47,955 nt of DNA from Vulcanimicrobiaceae bacterium. GTDB lineage: Bacteria > Vulcanimicrobiota > Vulcanimicrobiia > Vulcanimicrobiales > Vulcanimicrobiaceae. The notes under the pieces are model-generated. The model was not told the origin of the DNA and did no database searches. It saw nothing but the letters and a program-made list of their open reading frames with translations. Below are positions 19,203 through 29,212 of this stretch, one piece after another (positions within the stretch are counted from its first letter, which is position 1; each line of letters starts with the position of its first letter). The translations under genes were made by a program, and so were the position numbers. The stretch covers positions 1 to 47,955 of the forward strand of contig JBOHTW010000016.1 of the NCBI GenBank assembly GCA_050733835.1, written 5' to 3'.

Positions 19203-19511
19203 ATGGCTAAACAGAAGATTCGGATTCGGCTGAAGGCCTACGATCATAAGATTCTCGATCAGTCGGCCGAGCGGATCGTCGATACGGCGAAGCGGACCGG
19301 CGCGTTCGTTAGCGGGCCGATTCCGTTACCGACGGAGATCAATCGCTTCTGCGTCAATCGCTCGCCCCACGTCGACAAGAAGAGCCGCGAGCATTTCGAG
19401 ATGCGGACGCACAAGCGGCTCATCGACATTCTCCAAGCGTCACCGAAGACGATGGACGCATTGATGCACCTCGATCTCCCAGCCGGGGTGGACATCGAAC
19501 TCAAGGCTTAG
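19203..19511 (+). CDS. rpsJ: 30S ribosomal protein S10
   Basis: 102 aa reading [34 protein letters not shown]...PLPT...[23 protein letters not shown]. Confidence 0.97.
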   Translation: MAKQKIRIRLKAYDHKILDQSAERIVDTAKRTGAFVSGPIPLPTEINRFCVNRSPHVDKKSREHFEMRTHKRLIDILQASPKTMDALMHLDLPAGVDIELKA

Positions 19512-19519
19512 ATCGGACG

Positions 19520-20017
19520 TCAGCGGCTGTTTTGCTGCTCGGCGCTTTTGAGCCGCTCGATCGCCGCATAGACGAGGTTCGCGGCCGCCTCAGTCTCTTG
19601 GACCGCACGATTGCGGGCATACGCGGTCCATGGAAGGCCGCCGCCGCGGAGCGTGTTGAGGGCGCGGTTGATCTTGCCGTAAGCCTCGTGAAGCGCGGCG
19701 TCCCTCGATAGCCGGTTCGGCAGTTGGGAGTCGGGCGCGCGGAGGCCGGAGCCTTGTAGCGCCCCGATCGCGTTGTCGAGCCGGGGAATGGCCGAGTTCG
19801 TTTGCTCCTCGGTCGAGCGCCAGACGTCGCGAGCAAGCAAGAGTCGCGCGAACCGTAGGTCGGCGAGCGCGTTGCTCGCGGGACTGGTCGGCCCCGGCCG
19901 GACGATCCGAAGGGCTGGTTCGAACCGGGCCGCCGAGGCAGTGGCCACGGTCGAACCGGTCGCCAAGACGACGGCCAAGCTGAAGGCGAGTCTGGTCTTG
20001 AGCTGCGAGTCCGGCAT
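19520..20017 (-). CDS. Hypothetical secreted protein inserted between rpsJ and rplC
   Basis: 165 aa. AGGAG lies 6 nt upstream of the ATG and codons are GC3-rich. The signal peptide is MPDSQLKTRLAFSLAVVLATGSTVATASA/AR with an AXA cleavage site. The mature part looks helical, with no recognisable domain. Confidence 0.7.
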   Translation of the reverse strand: MPDSQLKTRLAFSLAVVLATGSTVATASAARFEPALRIVRPGPTSPASNALADLRFARLLLARDVWRSTEEQTNSAIPRLDNAIGALQGSGLRAPDSQLPNRLSRDAALHEAYGKINRALNTLRGGGLPWTAYARNRAVQETEAAANLVYAAIERLKSAEQQNSR

Positions 20018-20095
20018 GGCGATCTCCTGAGCTTGTTGGGCGAGAACTCATCGATGCAACGTTGATCCCGGCGTCGTTCGTTTCCAGCGAGTCGT

Positions 20096-20124
20096 TTGAC
20101 AACGGTTTGGCAGCTTGGTATCCT
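20096..20124 (+). promoter_or_regulatory. Promoter candidate for rplC and downstream genes (TTGACA-N17-TATCCT, extended -10 TGg)
   Basis: Consensus -35 at 20096-20101, spacer ending in TGG, -10 at 20119-20124. The leader of about 100 nt contains the hairpin CGCCGCG (20142-20148) / CGCGGCG (20165-20171). Confidence 0.5.
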
Positions 20125-20228
20125 CATTGGGTTGTGGTCCCCGCCGCGGCGCGCCTTCGTGCGTCGCGGCGAGAGAGATTACAGATACGCCAGGCTCCGT
20201 GGGTTAATCGGTGAGGGGATCAGAGGGG

Positions 20229-20876
20229 ATGAAGAACATCGTCGGCCGCAAGGTCGGGATGACGAGCGTTTTTACCGCTGACGGGCGCTACGTGCCGGTG
20301 ACGGTTATCGAGGCGGGCCCGTGTTCGGTCCTGCAGCGAAAAACCACTGACAAGGACGGCTACGATGCGGTGGCGCTCGCCTTCGGCAACCGCAAGAAAT
20401 CCCGCATGACCAAGGCGCACGCCGGTCGGTTCAAACTCCTAGGGCTCGAGCCCAAGGCGCTCGTTCGCGAGTTTCGACGCGGAATCGAAGCGGCGCCCGA
20501 GGTCGGCGCGACCGTCACGGTCGCCGAGTTCGCCGAGGGCGACCGGGTCGACGTCGCGGGAATCTCCAAGGGTCACGGTTTTGCCGGCGGCATCAAGCGC
20601 TGGAACTTCCACGGTGGTGGGGCGAGTCACGGGTCGATGATCCATCGCCAACCGGCCTCCAACGGCGACACCAACGCCGGCCATACCCACCGCGGCAGCC
20701 GGCGGCCCGGCCACTACGGCGTCGATCGCACGACCCATCAGAACCTCGAAGTAGTCCGGGCCGACGTCGAGCGTAATTTGCTGCTGTTGCGCGGCCCGGT
20801 TCCCGGCTCGAAGAACGGAATCGTCGTGATCTCAGCGGCCGTCCGGCCGCCCAAACGAAAGGCGGAGGCGAAGTAA
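20229..20876 (+). CDS. rplC: 50S ribosomal protein L3
   Basis: Sequence starts MKNIVGRKVGMTSVFTADGRYVPVTVIEAGPC. The ATG at 20229 follows GAGGGG. An upstream GTG at 20211 is an alternative start. Confidence 0.96.
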   Translation: MKNIVGRKVGMTSVFTADGRYVPVTVIEAGPCSVLQRKTTDKDGYDAVALAFGNRKKSRMTKAHAGRFKLLGLEPKALVREFRRGIEAAPEVGATVTVAEFAEGDRVDVAGISKGHGFAGGIKRWNFHGGGASHGSMIHRQPASNGDTNAGHTHRGSRRPGHYGVDRTTHQNLEVVRADVERNLLLLRGPVPGSKNGIVVISAAVRPPKRKAEAK

Positions 20877-21541
20877 TGCTGGTCATCGACGCCACCGGCG
20901 CGACCGTGCGCGAAGCGGATACCCCGGCCGTCTTTGCAACCGACGCCTCGGCGAAACGAAACGCGATCTTCCGGGCGGTCTTTCGCGAGCTCGCCAATCC
21001 GCGGGCCGGTACGGCATCGACCAAGCGCCGCGATGAGGTCTCCGGCGGCGGCCGCAAACCGTGGCGCCAAAAGGGCACTGGCCGCGCTCGTCAGGGCTCA
21101 ACGCGCTCGCCGCAATGGACCCACGGCGGCGTTGTGTTCGGTCCAAAGCCGCGCAGCTACGAGACGTCACTCAATAAGAAAGAGCGTCGCGCTGCGATGC
21201 ACGCCGCGCTGTGCGACCGGTTCGCCAACGGTTGCGTTACGTTGCTCGCCGTCGACGGATTCGAGCTGGCAAAGACGGCGCAGATGGCGACCCTGTTGTT
21301 CGGCTCGCGCAAGCGCGCAGTCGACGGTCAGCGCATCCTCATCGTCTACGCCGCCGCCGAGCGCGATTCGGCCGGCGAACGGATCGAACGGATCTCACGC
21401 AACTTGCCCGGCGTCGGGGTAACGCATACCCACGCCCTCGACGTGAAAGATGTCGTCGGTCACGCCCGCCTCCTACTCACCCCCGCCGCCCAAGACGAAT
21501 TGGTCGCAATCTTCGGAGAGAAGTCCAATGGAAGCGCGTGA
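20876..21541 (+). CDS. rplD: 50S ribosomal protein L4
   Basis: Contains GGGRKPWRQKGTGRARQGSTRSPQWTHGGVVFGPKPRSY. Canonical order. Confidence 0.96.
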   Translation: MLVIDATGATVREADTPAVFATDASAKRNAIFRAVFRELANPRAGTASTKRRDEVSGGGRKPWRQKGTGRARQGSTRSPQWTHGGVVFGPKPRSYETSLNKKERRAAMHAALCDRFANGCVTLLAVDGFELAKTAQMATLLFGSRKRAVDGQRILIVYAAAERDSAGERIERISRNLPGVGVTHTHALDVKDVVGHARLLLTPAAQDELVAIFGEKSNGSA

Positions 21542-21836
21542 CATTATCATCGCTCCGCTGATCAGCGAGAAGACGATGGCCGGCACCGCGTTTCAGCAAT
21601 ATGCTTTCGAGGTCAATGCGCGGGCGACCAAGACCCAGATCCGGCAGGCCGTCGAGGAGATTTTCAAGGTCGACGTCGTCAAGATCAACACCGTAAACGT
21701 CGGCGGCAAACGCAAGAATTTTGCACGCCGCGGCGTCCGTTCGTCAGGGAAGCAGGCGGACTGGAAAAAGGCCGTCGTCACCCTCAAAGCCGGTCAGAAA
21801 ATCGCGATCGGCGGCGTGAATTATTTCGAGCAGTAA
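21528..21836 (+). CDS. rplW: 50S ribosomal protein L23
   Basis: Starts MEARDIIIAPLISEKTM at the ATG at 21528. Overlaps the rplD end by 14 nt. The upstream part of the track ORF was trimmed. Confidence 0.95.
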   Translation: MEARDIIIAPLISEKTMAGTAFQQYAFEVNARATKTQIRQAVEEIFKVDVVKINTVNVGGKRKNFARRGVRSSGKQADWKKAVVTLKAGQKIAIGGVNYFEQ

Positions 21837-21851
21837 GGGAGCAGCGTCGAG

Positions 21852-22679
21852 ATGCCCGTAAAAAGATTCCGCCCGACCTCGCCCGGCAAGCGCTTTGCCA
21901 CCGTGATGGACTTCTCCGAACTGTCAAAAAAAGAGCCGGAGAAGTCGCTGGTCGAGGTGCGTAAGAAGCACTCCGGCCGCAACAACAACGGCCATATTAC
22001 CGTGCGCCATAAGGGTGGTGGTTATCGCAAGCAGTATCGCATCATCGATTTCAAGCGCACCAAGGATGCGATCCCGGCGAAGGTCGCGGCGATCGAGTAC
22101 GACCCGAACCGGTCGGCGCGGATTGCGCTGCTGCACTACCGCGACGGCGAGAAGCGCTACATCCTCGCGCCGGTCGGTATCAAGGTCGGCGACGTGCTCG
22201 AATCCGGCGAGAAGGCCGACATCAAGACCGGCAACGCGTTGCCGTTGAAATCCATTCCGGTCGGGACGGTCGTCCACAATATCGAACTGCGACCGGGTGA
22301 GGGTGGGAAGTTGGTTCGCTCGGCCGGTGGTTCGGCGCAGCTGATGGCCAAGGAGAGCGACTATGCGCTGGTGCGCATGCCGTCGGGTGAAGTCCGCCGC
22401 ATCCAGGTCGTCTGTCGCGCGACGATCGGTCAGCTCGGCAACATCGATCATGAAAACGAAGTCGTTGGAAAAGCTGGGCGCCAGCGCCACCGCGGCAAGC
22501 GGCCGTCGGTTCGCGGCATTGCCATGAATCCGGTCGATCACCCGCACGGCGGCGGCGAAGCGCGCTCGACTTCCGGCCGGCCACCGACGACGCCATGGGG
22601 ACAGATGACAATGGGTAAGAAGACGCGTCGCAATAAGCGGACCGCGAAGATGATCGTTCGCAAGCGGAGTGCCAAGTAG
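21852..22679 (+). CDS. rplB: 50S ribosomal protein L2
   Basis: 275 aa with [15 protein letters not shown]...[15 protein letters not shown]...[11 protein letters not shown]. Confidence 0.98.
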   Translation: MPVKRFRPTSPGKRFATVMDFSELSKKEPEKSLVEVRKKHSGRNNNGHITVRHKGGGYRKQYRIIDFKRTKDAIPAKVAAIEYDPNRSARIALLHYRDGEKRYILAPVGIKVGDVLESGEKADIKTGNALPLKSIPVGTVVHNIELRPGEGGKLVRSAGGSAQLMAKESDYALVRMPSGEVRRIQVVCRATIGQLGNIDHENEVVGKAGRQRHRGKRPSVRGIAMNPVDHPHGGGEARSTSGRPPTTPWGQMTMGKKTRRNKRTAKMIVRKRSAK

Positions 22680-22957
22680 TGGGCCGCTCGCTCAAAAAAG
22701 GTCCGTACATCGCGGACCATCTTATGCAAAAAGTCGAGAAGCTGAACTCGACGCGCGAGAAGCGGGTCATCAAGACCTGGAGCCGCGCTTCGACGATCGT
22801 GCCGTCGATGGTTGGTCATACGATCTCCGTTCATAACGGGCGGACCCATATTCCCGTCTTTGTCACCGAGAATATGGTCGGCCACAAACTCGGCGAGTTC
22901 TCGCCGACGCGGAGTTTCAAGGGCCACGCCGGCAGCGACAAGAGCGCGGTGAAGTAG
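22679..22957 (+). CDS. rpsS: 30S ribosomal protein S19
   Basis: GTG start overlaps the rplB stop by 1 nt. Sequence reads [22 protein letters not shown]...[16 protein letters not shown]. Confidence 0.97.
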   Translation: MGRSLKKGPYIADHLMQKVEKLNSTREKRVIKTWSRASTIVPSMVGHTISVHNGRTHIPVFVTENMVGHKLGEFSPTRSFKGHAGSDKSAVK

Positions 22958-23479
22958 ATGGCGACGACTGAAGCGGCACCCGTCCCGCAGGCGCTCGCGC
23001 ATCTCAAGTTCGCTCGCATGGGACCGCGAAAGCTACGGCGCATCGCCGACGCCATCCGCGGCAAGAGCGTTCGCGAAGCGCTGGCTTTGCTGAAGTTCAG
23101 CGGCGTCGAGGCGGCCGAGCCGATCGAACGCCTGCTACGCAGCGCGATGGCGAACGCGGAGAACAATCACGGGCTCGCAACCGATGAACTCTACGTCGCC
23201 AAAATCACCGTCGACAGCGGTCCGGGTGGTGGCATGACCAAGCGTCTCGACCCGCGGGCCCAAGGGCGCGCGGCGTTCAAACGCAAGCGGCTCTCGCACG
23301 TCACGATCGCCGTCAGTTCTGCGGCGCCCAAACGCGAGCGTAAGCGCGGCCCGGGCGCATCGATAGCGCTGTCAACCAAGAGTTCGCGCACGCGCGCCGT
23401 CGCCGCCGGCGGTGCCAAAAAGACACCCGCGCTACGCAAACCCAAAGCCGCCGCCGCGGCTGCCGGAGGCTCCGTTTAA
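22958..23479 (+). CDS. rplV: 50S ribosomal protein L22 with basic C-terminal extension
   Basis: 173 aa with the L22 core ([34 protein letters not shown]...). A tail of about 50 aa rich in Ala/Lys/Arg follows. Confidence 0.96.
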   Translation: MATTEAAPVPQALAHLKFARMGPRKLRRIADAIRGKSVREALALLKFSGVEAAEPIERLLRSAMANAENNHGLATDELYVAKITVDSGPGGGMTKRLDPRAQGRAAFKRKRLSHVTIAVSSAAPKRERKRGPGASIALSTKSSRTRAVAAGGAKKTPALRKPKAAAAAAGGSV

Positions 23480-24435
23480 TGGGTCAGAAGATTCACCCGG
23501 TAGGGTTGCGGCTCGGGATCACCCGGACTTGGGACAGCCGTTGGTTTGAGAAGAAACATTACCGGGCTTGGCTGCACGAAGATGCGGCGATCCGCAAGTA
23601 TCTCAATCGGCTGACGCGCGCAGCATCGATCAGCAAAGTCGAGATCGAGCGGCGTTCGAATCAGGCGCGGGTCATCGTCCACACCGCCAAACCCGGCATC
23701 ATCATCGGAAAGCGCGGTGTCGGAATCGAAGATATCCGCAAACAACTCGAGCACCTCACGAAGAAAAATGTCCAGGTTAATGTCGTCGAGATCAAACATC
23801 CCGAACTCGACGCGCGGCTGGTTGCCCAAAATATCGTCGATCAGCTCGAGAAGCGGATCGCCTTTCGGCGCGCCATGAAGCAGGCGATCATGCGGACGAT
23901 GAAGGCCGGCGCGCGCGGCGTGAAGGTGCAGGTCGGCGGTCGGCTCGGCGGCTCGGAGATCGCGCGCTCGGAGCGCAATCACGACGGTAAAGTGCCGCTG
24001 CATACGCTGCGCGCCGACATCGATTATGCCCACGTCGAAGCATTCACCACGTTCGGTCGCATCGGCGTCAAAGTGTGGATCTACAAGGGCGAGGTACTGC
24101 CCGATGTTCCGCGGAGCGATCCGGCGCGCGCCGAACGGGCGCAAGCCGCCGAGCGCACGACGTTCCGCGACCGGCGCGGCGAGCGCGGCCGCGCTCGCGG
24201 TGCGCGACCGGGGCTGCCGGCCGACGGCGTTACGCTCGGGTCTCCCCCGGCTGAACCGTCGCCGCTCGCCGAGGCCACTCCGGCCAGCGATGCGGTTCCA
24301 AGCGTCGAGCCGATTCCGGTCGTCGACGCGGCTCCGACCGCCGAGACCGCCCCGGTCGTCGAGACTGCGCCGGCCGAAACGCCGATCGATCACGCGGTCG
24401 CCGACGGCGCCGGTCCGGCAGGAGCGAACGAATAA
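23479..24435 (+). CDS. rpsC: 30S ribosomal protein S3 with about 108-aa Pro/Ala/Glu-rich C-terminal extension
   Basis: S3 core [23 protein letters not shown]...[14 protein letters not shown], followed by a low-complexity tail. Confidence 0.96.
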   Translation: MGQKIHPVGLRLGITRTWDSRWFEKKHYRAWLHEDAAIRKYLNRLTRAASISKVEIERRSNQARVIVHTAKPGIIIGKRGVGIEDIRKQLEHLTKKNVQVNVVEIKHPELDARLVAQNIVDQLEKRIAFRRAMKQAIMRTMKAGARGVKVQVGGRLGGSEIARSERNHDGKVPLHTLRADIDYAHVEAFTTFGRIGVKVWIYKGEVLPDVPRSDPARAERAQAAERTTFRDRRGERGRARGARPGLPADGVTLGSPPAEPSPLAEATPASDAVPSVEPIPVVDAAPTAETAPVVETAPAETPIDHAVADGAGPAGANE

Positions 24436-24854
24436 TGCTGACACCAAAACGAGTGAAGTGGCGCCGCGTGCACCGCGGTCGCATGACCGGCCGGGCGATG
24501 ACCGGCAGTTCGCTGACCTTCGGCGACTACGGCCTGCAGGCGCTCGAGCCATGCTGGATGACTAGCCGTCAAATCGAAGCGGCCCGAATTGCGCTGACAC
24601 GTCACATCAAGCGCGGCGGCAAGGTTTGGATCAAGATTTTTCCCGACAAGCCGGTAACCAAAAAACCGGCTGAAACGCGGATGGGCTCCGGCAAAGGCAA
24701 TCCGGAGTTCTATGTGGCGGTTATCCGGCCCGGCCGCGTGTTGTTCGAGTTGGCCGGCGTTCCGGAAACCGTTGCCCGCGAAGCGCTGCGGCTGGCCGCG
24801 GCAAAGCTGCCGATCGGCACCAAGGTTCTCTCCCGCACGGAGGTCGAGGCATGA
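24435..24854 (+). CDS. rplP: 50S ribosomal protein L16
   Basis: Sequence reads [21 protein letters not shown]...[24 protein letters not shown]. Confidence 0.97.
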   Translation: MLTPKRVKWRRVHRGRMTGRAMTGSSLTFGDYGLQALEPCWMTSRQIEAARIALTRHIKRGGKVWIKIFPDKPVTKKPAETRMGSGKGNPEFYVAVIRPGRVLFELAGVPETVAREALRLAAAKLPIGTKVLSRTEVEA

Positions 24855-25072
24855 GCCGTACGGAGATTTTGAAGATGCGCGACCTGACGATTGCCGAGCT
24901 GCAACAAAAAGCTCGTGAGACCAAAGAAGAACTTTTCAACCTGCGCTTTGCGCTGCGCACCGGTCACCTCTCGGACTACAGTAAGGTGCGGGCCATTCGG
25001 CACAGTTACGCGCAGATTCAGACCGTAATAAGCGAGAAGCGAATCGCAGAGGCCAAAAATGGAGCAGCGTAG
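24851..25072 (+). CDS. rpmC: 50S ribosomal protein L29
   Basis: 73 aa containing [33 protein letters not shown] overlap with rplP. Confidence 0.95.
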   Translation: MSRTEILKMRDLTIAELQQKARETKEELFNLRFALRTGHLSDYSKVRAIRHSYAQIQTVISEKRIAEAKNGAA

Positions 25073-25316
25073 TCGCCGGCGCGTCAAGCAAGGGCGCGTG
25101 GTTTCGAACAAGATGGACAAAACGATCGTCGTCGTGAGCGAGACGCGCGTTCCCCATCCGGTGTACAAGAAGATCGTAAAAAAGTCGGTACGCTTTAAGG
25201 CGCACGACGAGACGAACGAATGCCGGATCGGCGATACCGTTCGCATCATGGAATGCCGTCCGCTTTCGCGCGATAAGCGCTGGCGGCTGGTCGAGGTCGT
25301 GGAGAAGGCGAAATGA
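25059..25316 (+). CDS. rpsQ: 30S ribosomal protein S17
   Basis: Sequence reads [68 protein letters not shown]. Confidence 0.95.
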   Translation: MEQRSRRRVKQGRVVSNKMDKTIVVVSETRVPHPVYKKIVKKSVRFKAHDETNECRIGDTVRIMECRPLSRDKRWRLVEVVEKAK

Positions 25317-25690
25317 TCCAACAGGAGACGCGGCTCAAGGTCGCCGACAACTCCGGGGCGCGCGAGCTGCTGTGCATTCACGTGCAGGGCGGCAGCCGGC
25401 ACCCCTATGCGTTCGTTGGCGATGTGATCGTCGGTACCGTGAAGAGCGCGATCCCGGGTGCGGCCGTAAAAAAGGGCCAAGTCGTCAAAGCGGTGATCGT
25501 ACGCTGCGCCCAACCGATGAAACGCCCGGACGGCTCGACGATCAAGTTCGACGAGAATGCGTGCGTCATCATCAAGGGTGACAAGGACAATCTCGACCCG
25601 CGCGGCACGCGCGTCTTCGGGCCGGTCTGTCGCGAGTTGCGCGACCGCGGCTTCTTGAAGATCGCCTCGCTTGCGCCGGAGGTGCTCTGA
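25313..25690 (+). CDS. rplN: 50S ribosomal protein L14
   Basis: Sequence reads [22 protein letters not shown]...[26 protein letters not shown]. Confidence 0.97.
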   Translation: MIQQETRLKVADNSGARELLCIHVQGGSRHPYAFVGDVIVGTVKSAIPGAAVKKGQVVKAVIVRCAQPMKRPDGSTIKFDENACVIIKGDKDNLDPRGTRVFGPVCRELRDRGFLKIASLAPEVL

Positions 25691-26037
25691 TGGCCGCCGT
25701 TATCAAGCAGAACATCGTCGCGGGCGATATGGTGATGATCCGGCGCGGTAAAGAGAAGGGCAAGCGCGGCACGGTCAAGGCGGTCTTTCCGCGGGCCGGC
25801 AAAGCGACCGTCGAAGGGCACAACCTCGTCAAACGACACACCAAACAAGGCTCCGGTGGTTCGCAGTCGGCGGGGATAATCGAAAAGGAAGCTCCGCTGC
25901 CGCTCTCGGTGCTGATGTATGTCTGCGAAAAGTGTCAGGCCCCGACTCGGATCAAGCATCGGGTAGTCGAGGATCGCTCGCAGCGCGTCTGCGGGCGGTG
26001 CGGCGAGCCGGCGCGCGAGTCGGCGAAAGGACGCTGA
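25690..26037 (+). CDS. rplX: 50S ribosomal protein L24 (C-terminal Cys4 zinc-ribbon-like form)
   Basis: KOW region [24 protein letters not shown], followed by CEKC...CGRC near the C-terminus. Confidence 0.95.
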   Translation: MAAVIKQNIVAGDMVMIRRGKEKGKRGTVKAVFPRAGKATVEGHNLVKRHTKQGSGGSQSAGIIEKEAPLPLSVLMYVCEKCQAPTRIKHRVVEDRSQRVCGRCGEPARESAKGR

Positions 26038-26039
26038 CG

Positions 26040-26594
26040 ATGGCGATGACGCGATTGCGCGAACGCTACGAAACCGACGTTCGCAAGAAGTTGATCGAAC
26101 GGTTCGGCTATGCGAATGCTCATCAGGTGCCCAAGCTCGACAAAGTCGTGATCAACATGTCGGTCGGCGAAGCGATTCAAAATGGGAAAGTTCTCGACAC
26201 GGCCGTCAAAGAGCTCGAAGCGATCAGCGGTCAAAAGCCGGTGATCACAAAAGCGAAAAAATCGATCGCGGCGTTCAAGTTGCGCGAAGGCATGAACATC
26301 GGCACCAAGGTGACCCTACGCGGCGAGCGGATGTACGTATTCCTCGACAAGCTGTTCAACATCGTGCTGCCGCGCATCCGTGACTTCCGCGGCCTTCCGC
26401 GCAAGTCGTTCGATGGGCGCGGAAACTACAATCTTGGGCTGCGCGAGCAGATCGTCTTTCCCGAGATCAACTTCGATAAAGTCGACAAAATGCGCGGCAT
26501 GGACATCGTGATCGTGACGACCGCCAAGAACGACGAAGAAGCGACGGAGTTCCTGACCCACATGGGACTGCCGCTGCAAAAGGAGCGAACCTGA
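26040..26594 (+). CDS. rplE: 50S ribosomal protein L5
   Basis: The ATG at 26040 gives [45 protein letters not shown]. The upstream part of the track ORF was trimmed. Confidence 0.96.
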   Translation: MAMTRLRERYETDVRKKLIERFGYANAHQVPKLDKVVINMSVGEAIQNGKVLDTAVKELEAISGQKPVITKAKKSIAAFKLREGMNIGTKVTLRGERMYVFLDKLFNIVLPRIRDFRGLPRKSFDGRGNYNLGLREQIVFPEINFDKVDKMRGMDIVIVTTAKNDEEATEFLTHMGLPLQKERT

Positions 26595-26779
26595 TGGCGA
26601 AAACGTCGCTCATCGAGAAGTCAAAGCTGACGCCGAAGTTCAAGGTCCGCCAGCACAACCGGTGCCTGTCGTGCGGTCGCCCGCGCGGCTTCTACCGTAA
26701 GTTCGGCATGTGCCGGATCTGTTTCCGCGAGAGCGCCCATCGCGGCCATATTCCGGGCATCGTGAAGGCATCGTGGTAG
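26594..26779 (+). CDS. rpsN: 30S ribosomal protein S14, short zinc-binding type Z
   Basis: 61 aa with [23 protein letters not shown] (CxxC...CxxC), ending in KASW. Confidence 0.96.
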   Translation: MAKTSLIEKSKLTPKFKVRQHNRCLSCGRPRGFYRKFGMCRICFRESAHRGHIPGIVKASW

Positions 26780-26792
26780 GGGGGGCAAGCTG

Positions 26793-27194
26793 ATGGGCGT
26801 CATCACCGATCCGATCGCCGATATGCTCACGCGGATCCGCAATGCGAATACCGCCGGTCACGAGACGGTCGACATCCCCGCGTCGCGCATGAAGCGCGCG
26901 GTCGCGGCGATCCTGAAAGAAGAGGGGTTCGTCCGCGACATTGCCGTCGTGCCCGAAGGGCCGCAAGGCACGTTGCGCGTCACGCTCAAGTACGGAACGG
27001 ATAAGGAGAAAGTCATTACCGGGTTGCGCCGCATCAGCCGTCCCGGTCTGCGCGTCTATACCTCGAAGGCCGAGATCCCGCGCGTACTCGGCGGGCTGGG
27101 CCTGGTCATCATTTCGACCTCGAAAGGCATCATGTCGGGCAAACGCGCCAAGCGCGAGGGCTTCGGCGGCGAGGTCCTGGCATACGTGTGGTGA
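26793..27194 (+). CDS. rpsH: 30S ribosomal protein S8
   Basis: Sequence reads [34 protein letters not shown]...GGEVLAYVW. Confidence 0.97.
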   Translation: MGVITDPIADMLTRIRNANTAGHETVDIPASRMKRAVAAILKEEGFVRDIAVVPEGPQGTLRVTLKYGTDKEKVITGLRRISRPGLRVYTSKAEIPRVLGGLGLVIISTSKGIMSGKRAKREGFGGEVLAYVW

Positions 27195-27207
27195 GGATCT
27201 AAACGAC

Positions 27208-27756
27208 ATGTCCCGCATCGGTAAACTACCCGTCCAAGTACCCACCAACGTCACGGTCAACGTGGCGGATTCGGTCGTGCACGTCAAGGGCCCCAAAGGT
27301 GAGCTCTCGCAGCAGATCCTGCCGGTCGTCGCCGTCCGCGTCGAAAACGGAACCGTTCTCGTCGACCGCCAGGGCGATGCGAAGCCGGCGCGCGCCGCGC
27401 ATGGGCTTACCCGGACGTTGATCGCCAACATGGTCGAAGGGGTGACCAAGGGTTTCCGCAAGAGCCTGGAGATTCAAGGCGTCGGCTATCGCGCTGCAAA
27501 GTCCGGCGAGAAGTTGAATTTGACGCTTGGCTATTCGCATCCGGTGAGCTACGCTGCGCCAAAGGGCGTTTCGTTCACAGTCGAGGGCACCGGCAAGATC
27601 CACGTCGACGGCATCGACAAGCAGATGGTCGGCCAAGTCGCCGCCGAGATTCGCGACCTCCGCCCGCCCGAACCCTACAAGGGGAAGGGCATTCGTTACG
27701 AGGGCGAGGTCGTTCGCAAGAAGCTCGGCAAGGCCGGAAAGGCTGGCAAGAAGTAA
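27208..27756 (+). CDS. rplF: 50S ribosomal protein L6
   Basis: The ATG at 27208 gives [19 protein letters not shown]...GYSHPV...[14 protein letters not shown]. The upstream part of the track ORF was trimmed. Confidence 0.96.
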   Translation: MSRIGKLPVQVPTNVTVNVADSVVHVKGPKGELSQQILPVVAVRVENGTVLVDRQGDAKPARAAHGLTRTLIANMVEGVTKGFRKSLEIQGVGYRAAKSGEKLNLTLGYSHPVSYAAPKGVSFTVEGTGKIHVDGIDKQMVGQVAAEIRDLRPPEPYKGKGIRYEGEVVRKKLGKAGKAGKK

Positions 27757-28115
27757 TGCGGAATTCGCGCACCGAGCAACGGCTGCGCCGCCATCGGCGG
27801 CTGCGCAAGAAGGTCGTCGGCACGCCGGAGCGGCCGCGCCTGTCGGTCCATCGCACGTTGCATCACATCTACGCAATCGTCGTCGACGACTCGCGCGGCC
27901 ATACGCTGGTCGCGGCATCGACTCGTGAGAAATCGCTCGCGACAAGCGACTCGCGGACCAACGTCGACGCTGCTCGCCGCGTGGGCGAAGCGATCGGCCA
28001 GAAGGCGAAAGCCGTCGGAATAACGGCGGTCGTTTTCGATACGAGCGGCCTCAAGTACCACGGCCGCGTCAAAGCGCTAGCCGACGCCGCCCGCGCCGCC
28101 GGCCTGGAGTTTTAG
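27756..28115 (+). CDS. rplR: 50S ribosomal protein L18
   Basis: Contains [35 protein letters not shown]...[19 protein letters not shown]. Confidence 0.96.
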   Translation: MRNSRTEQRLRRHRRLRKKVVGTPERPRLSVHRTLHHIYAIVVDDSRGHTLVAASTREKSLATSDSRTNVDAARRVGEAIGQKAKAVGITAVVFDTSGLKYHGRVKALADAARAAGLEF

Positions 28116-28117
28116 GC

Positions 28118-28624
28118 ATGAACTACCGAGGCAGAGACCGCGATTCGTCGGGGCTCGAAGAGACCGTCGTCCGCGTGAACCGGGTGGCCAAGGTCGTCAA
28201 AGGCGGCAAGCGATTCAGCTTCAGCGCGCTGGTCGTCGTCGGCGACCGCAAGGGACGCGTCGGATTCGCCATCGGCAAGGCCGGCGAAGTTCCCGAAGCG
28301 ATTCGCAAGGGCGTCGAGCAGGCGCGCAAGGCACTGATCACCGTTCCAATGGTCAAAAAGACGATCCCGCATGAAGTCACCATTCAGGTCGGTGCGGGTC
28401 GCGTCTTCATGAAGCCGGCGTCGCCGGGAACCGGTGTCATCGCCGGTGGCCCGATGCGCGCGGTCCTTGAATTAGCCGGAATCCACGACATCCTGACCAA
28501 GTCACTCGGCAGTTCGAACCCGATCAACGTCGTGCTGGCAACGGTCGAAGCGCTGCGGTCGCTCAAGACGGCTGATCAGGTTGCTAAACTGCGCGACAAA
28601 CCCGTCGCCGAACTCTTCTCTTAA
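28118..28624 (+). CDS. rpsE: 30S ribosomal protein S5
   Basis: Contains [49 protein letters not shown]. Confidence 0.97.
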   Translation: MNYRGRDRDSSGLEETVVRVNRVAKVVKGGKRFSFSALVVVGDRKGRVGFAIGKAGEVPEAIRKGVEQARKALITVPMVKKTIPHEVTIQVGAGRVFMKPASPGTGVIAGGPMRAVLELAGIHDILTKSLGSSNPINVVLATVEALRSLKTADQVAKLRDKPVAELFS

Positions 28625-28645
28625 TATCCCGGGAGCGAATCGAGC

Positions 28646-29206
28646 ATGGCTGAGCCGAAACCGTCGAAATCGAAGAAGAAGGGTGCCGCGGTCGTGGCGG
28701 CCGCCGGCGTTGCCGCGGGCTCACCGACGGTGACGCTCGCCAATTTGCGCGAGAACGCCGGTGCGCGCCCCAAACGCACCCGCGTCGGTCGTGGTCACGG
28801 CTCGGGCATGGTGAAGACCGGCGGGGAGGGCGGTAAGGGTCAGACGGTGCGCTCGGGCGGCGGCAAAGGGCCCGCCTTCGAAGGTGGCCAGACTCCCTGG
28901 GCACGCCGGCTACCGCATCGGCGCGGCTATTCGCAAAAGGCGCGCGATATCGGACACTTTCGCTCGCGGCTCGCGGTCGTCAATCTCGCGGCCCTCGCCG
29001 GTTGGGACCCAAGCGTCGAAGTGACGCCCGAGTCGCTCCAGGCGCGTCACCTCATCAGCGAGCAGCTGGACGGTGTGAAGATCCTCGGGGGAACCAAGCC
29101 CGGCAAAACGCTGCCGCCGGGCCTCCGGCTGCGTGCCGTCCTGTTCTCGGCGACCGCCCGGGCCGCCTTGAGCGCCGCCGGCGCCGATCTCGGCGAGGAC
29201 GCGTAG
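28646..29206 (+). CDS. rplO: 50S ribosomal protein L15 with N-terminal Lys/Ala-rich extension
   Basis: Core LANLRENAGARPKRTRVGRGHGSGMVKTGGEGGKGQ, preceded by about 28 extra residues. It follows rpsE directly, with no rpmD between them. Confidence 0.93.
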   Translation: MAEPKPSKSKKKGAAVVAAAGVAAGSPTVTLANLRENAGARPKRTRVGRGHGSGMVKTGGEGGKGQTVRSGGGKGPAFEGGQTPWARRLPHRRGYSQKARDIGHFRSRLAVVNLAALAGWDPSVEVTPESLQARHLISEQLDGVKILGGTKPGKTLPPGLRLRAVLFSATARAALSAAGADLGEDA

Positions 29207-29212
29207 CCACCC

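Noticed and set aside
19501-20127. Alternative minus-strand frames (208 aa at 19501-20127 and 170 aa at 19590-20102) in the rpsJ-rplC insert
   Set aside because: The 19520-20017 frame has AGGAG-N6-ATG, a proper signal peptide and consistent GC3 bias. The other frames are Arg/Pro/Ser-rich and extend into the rplC promoter.
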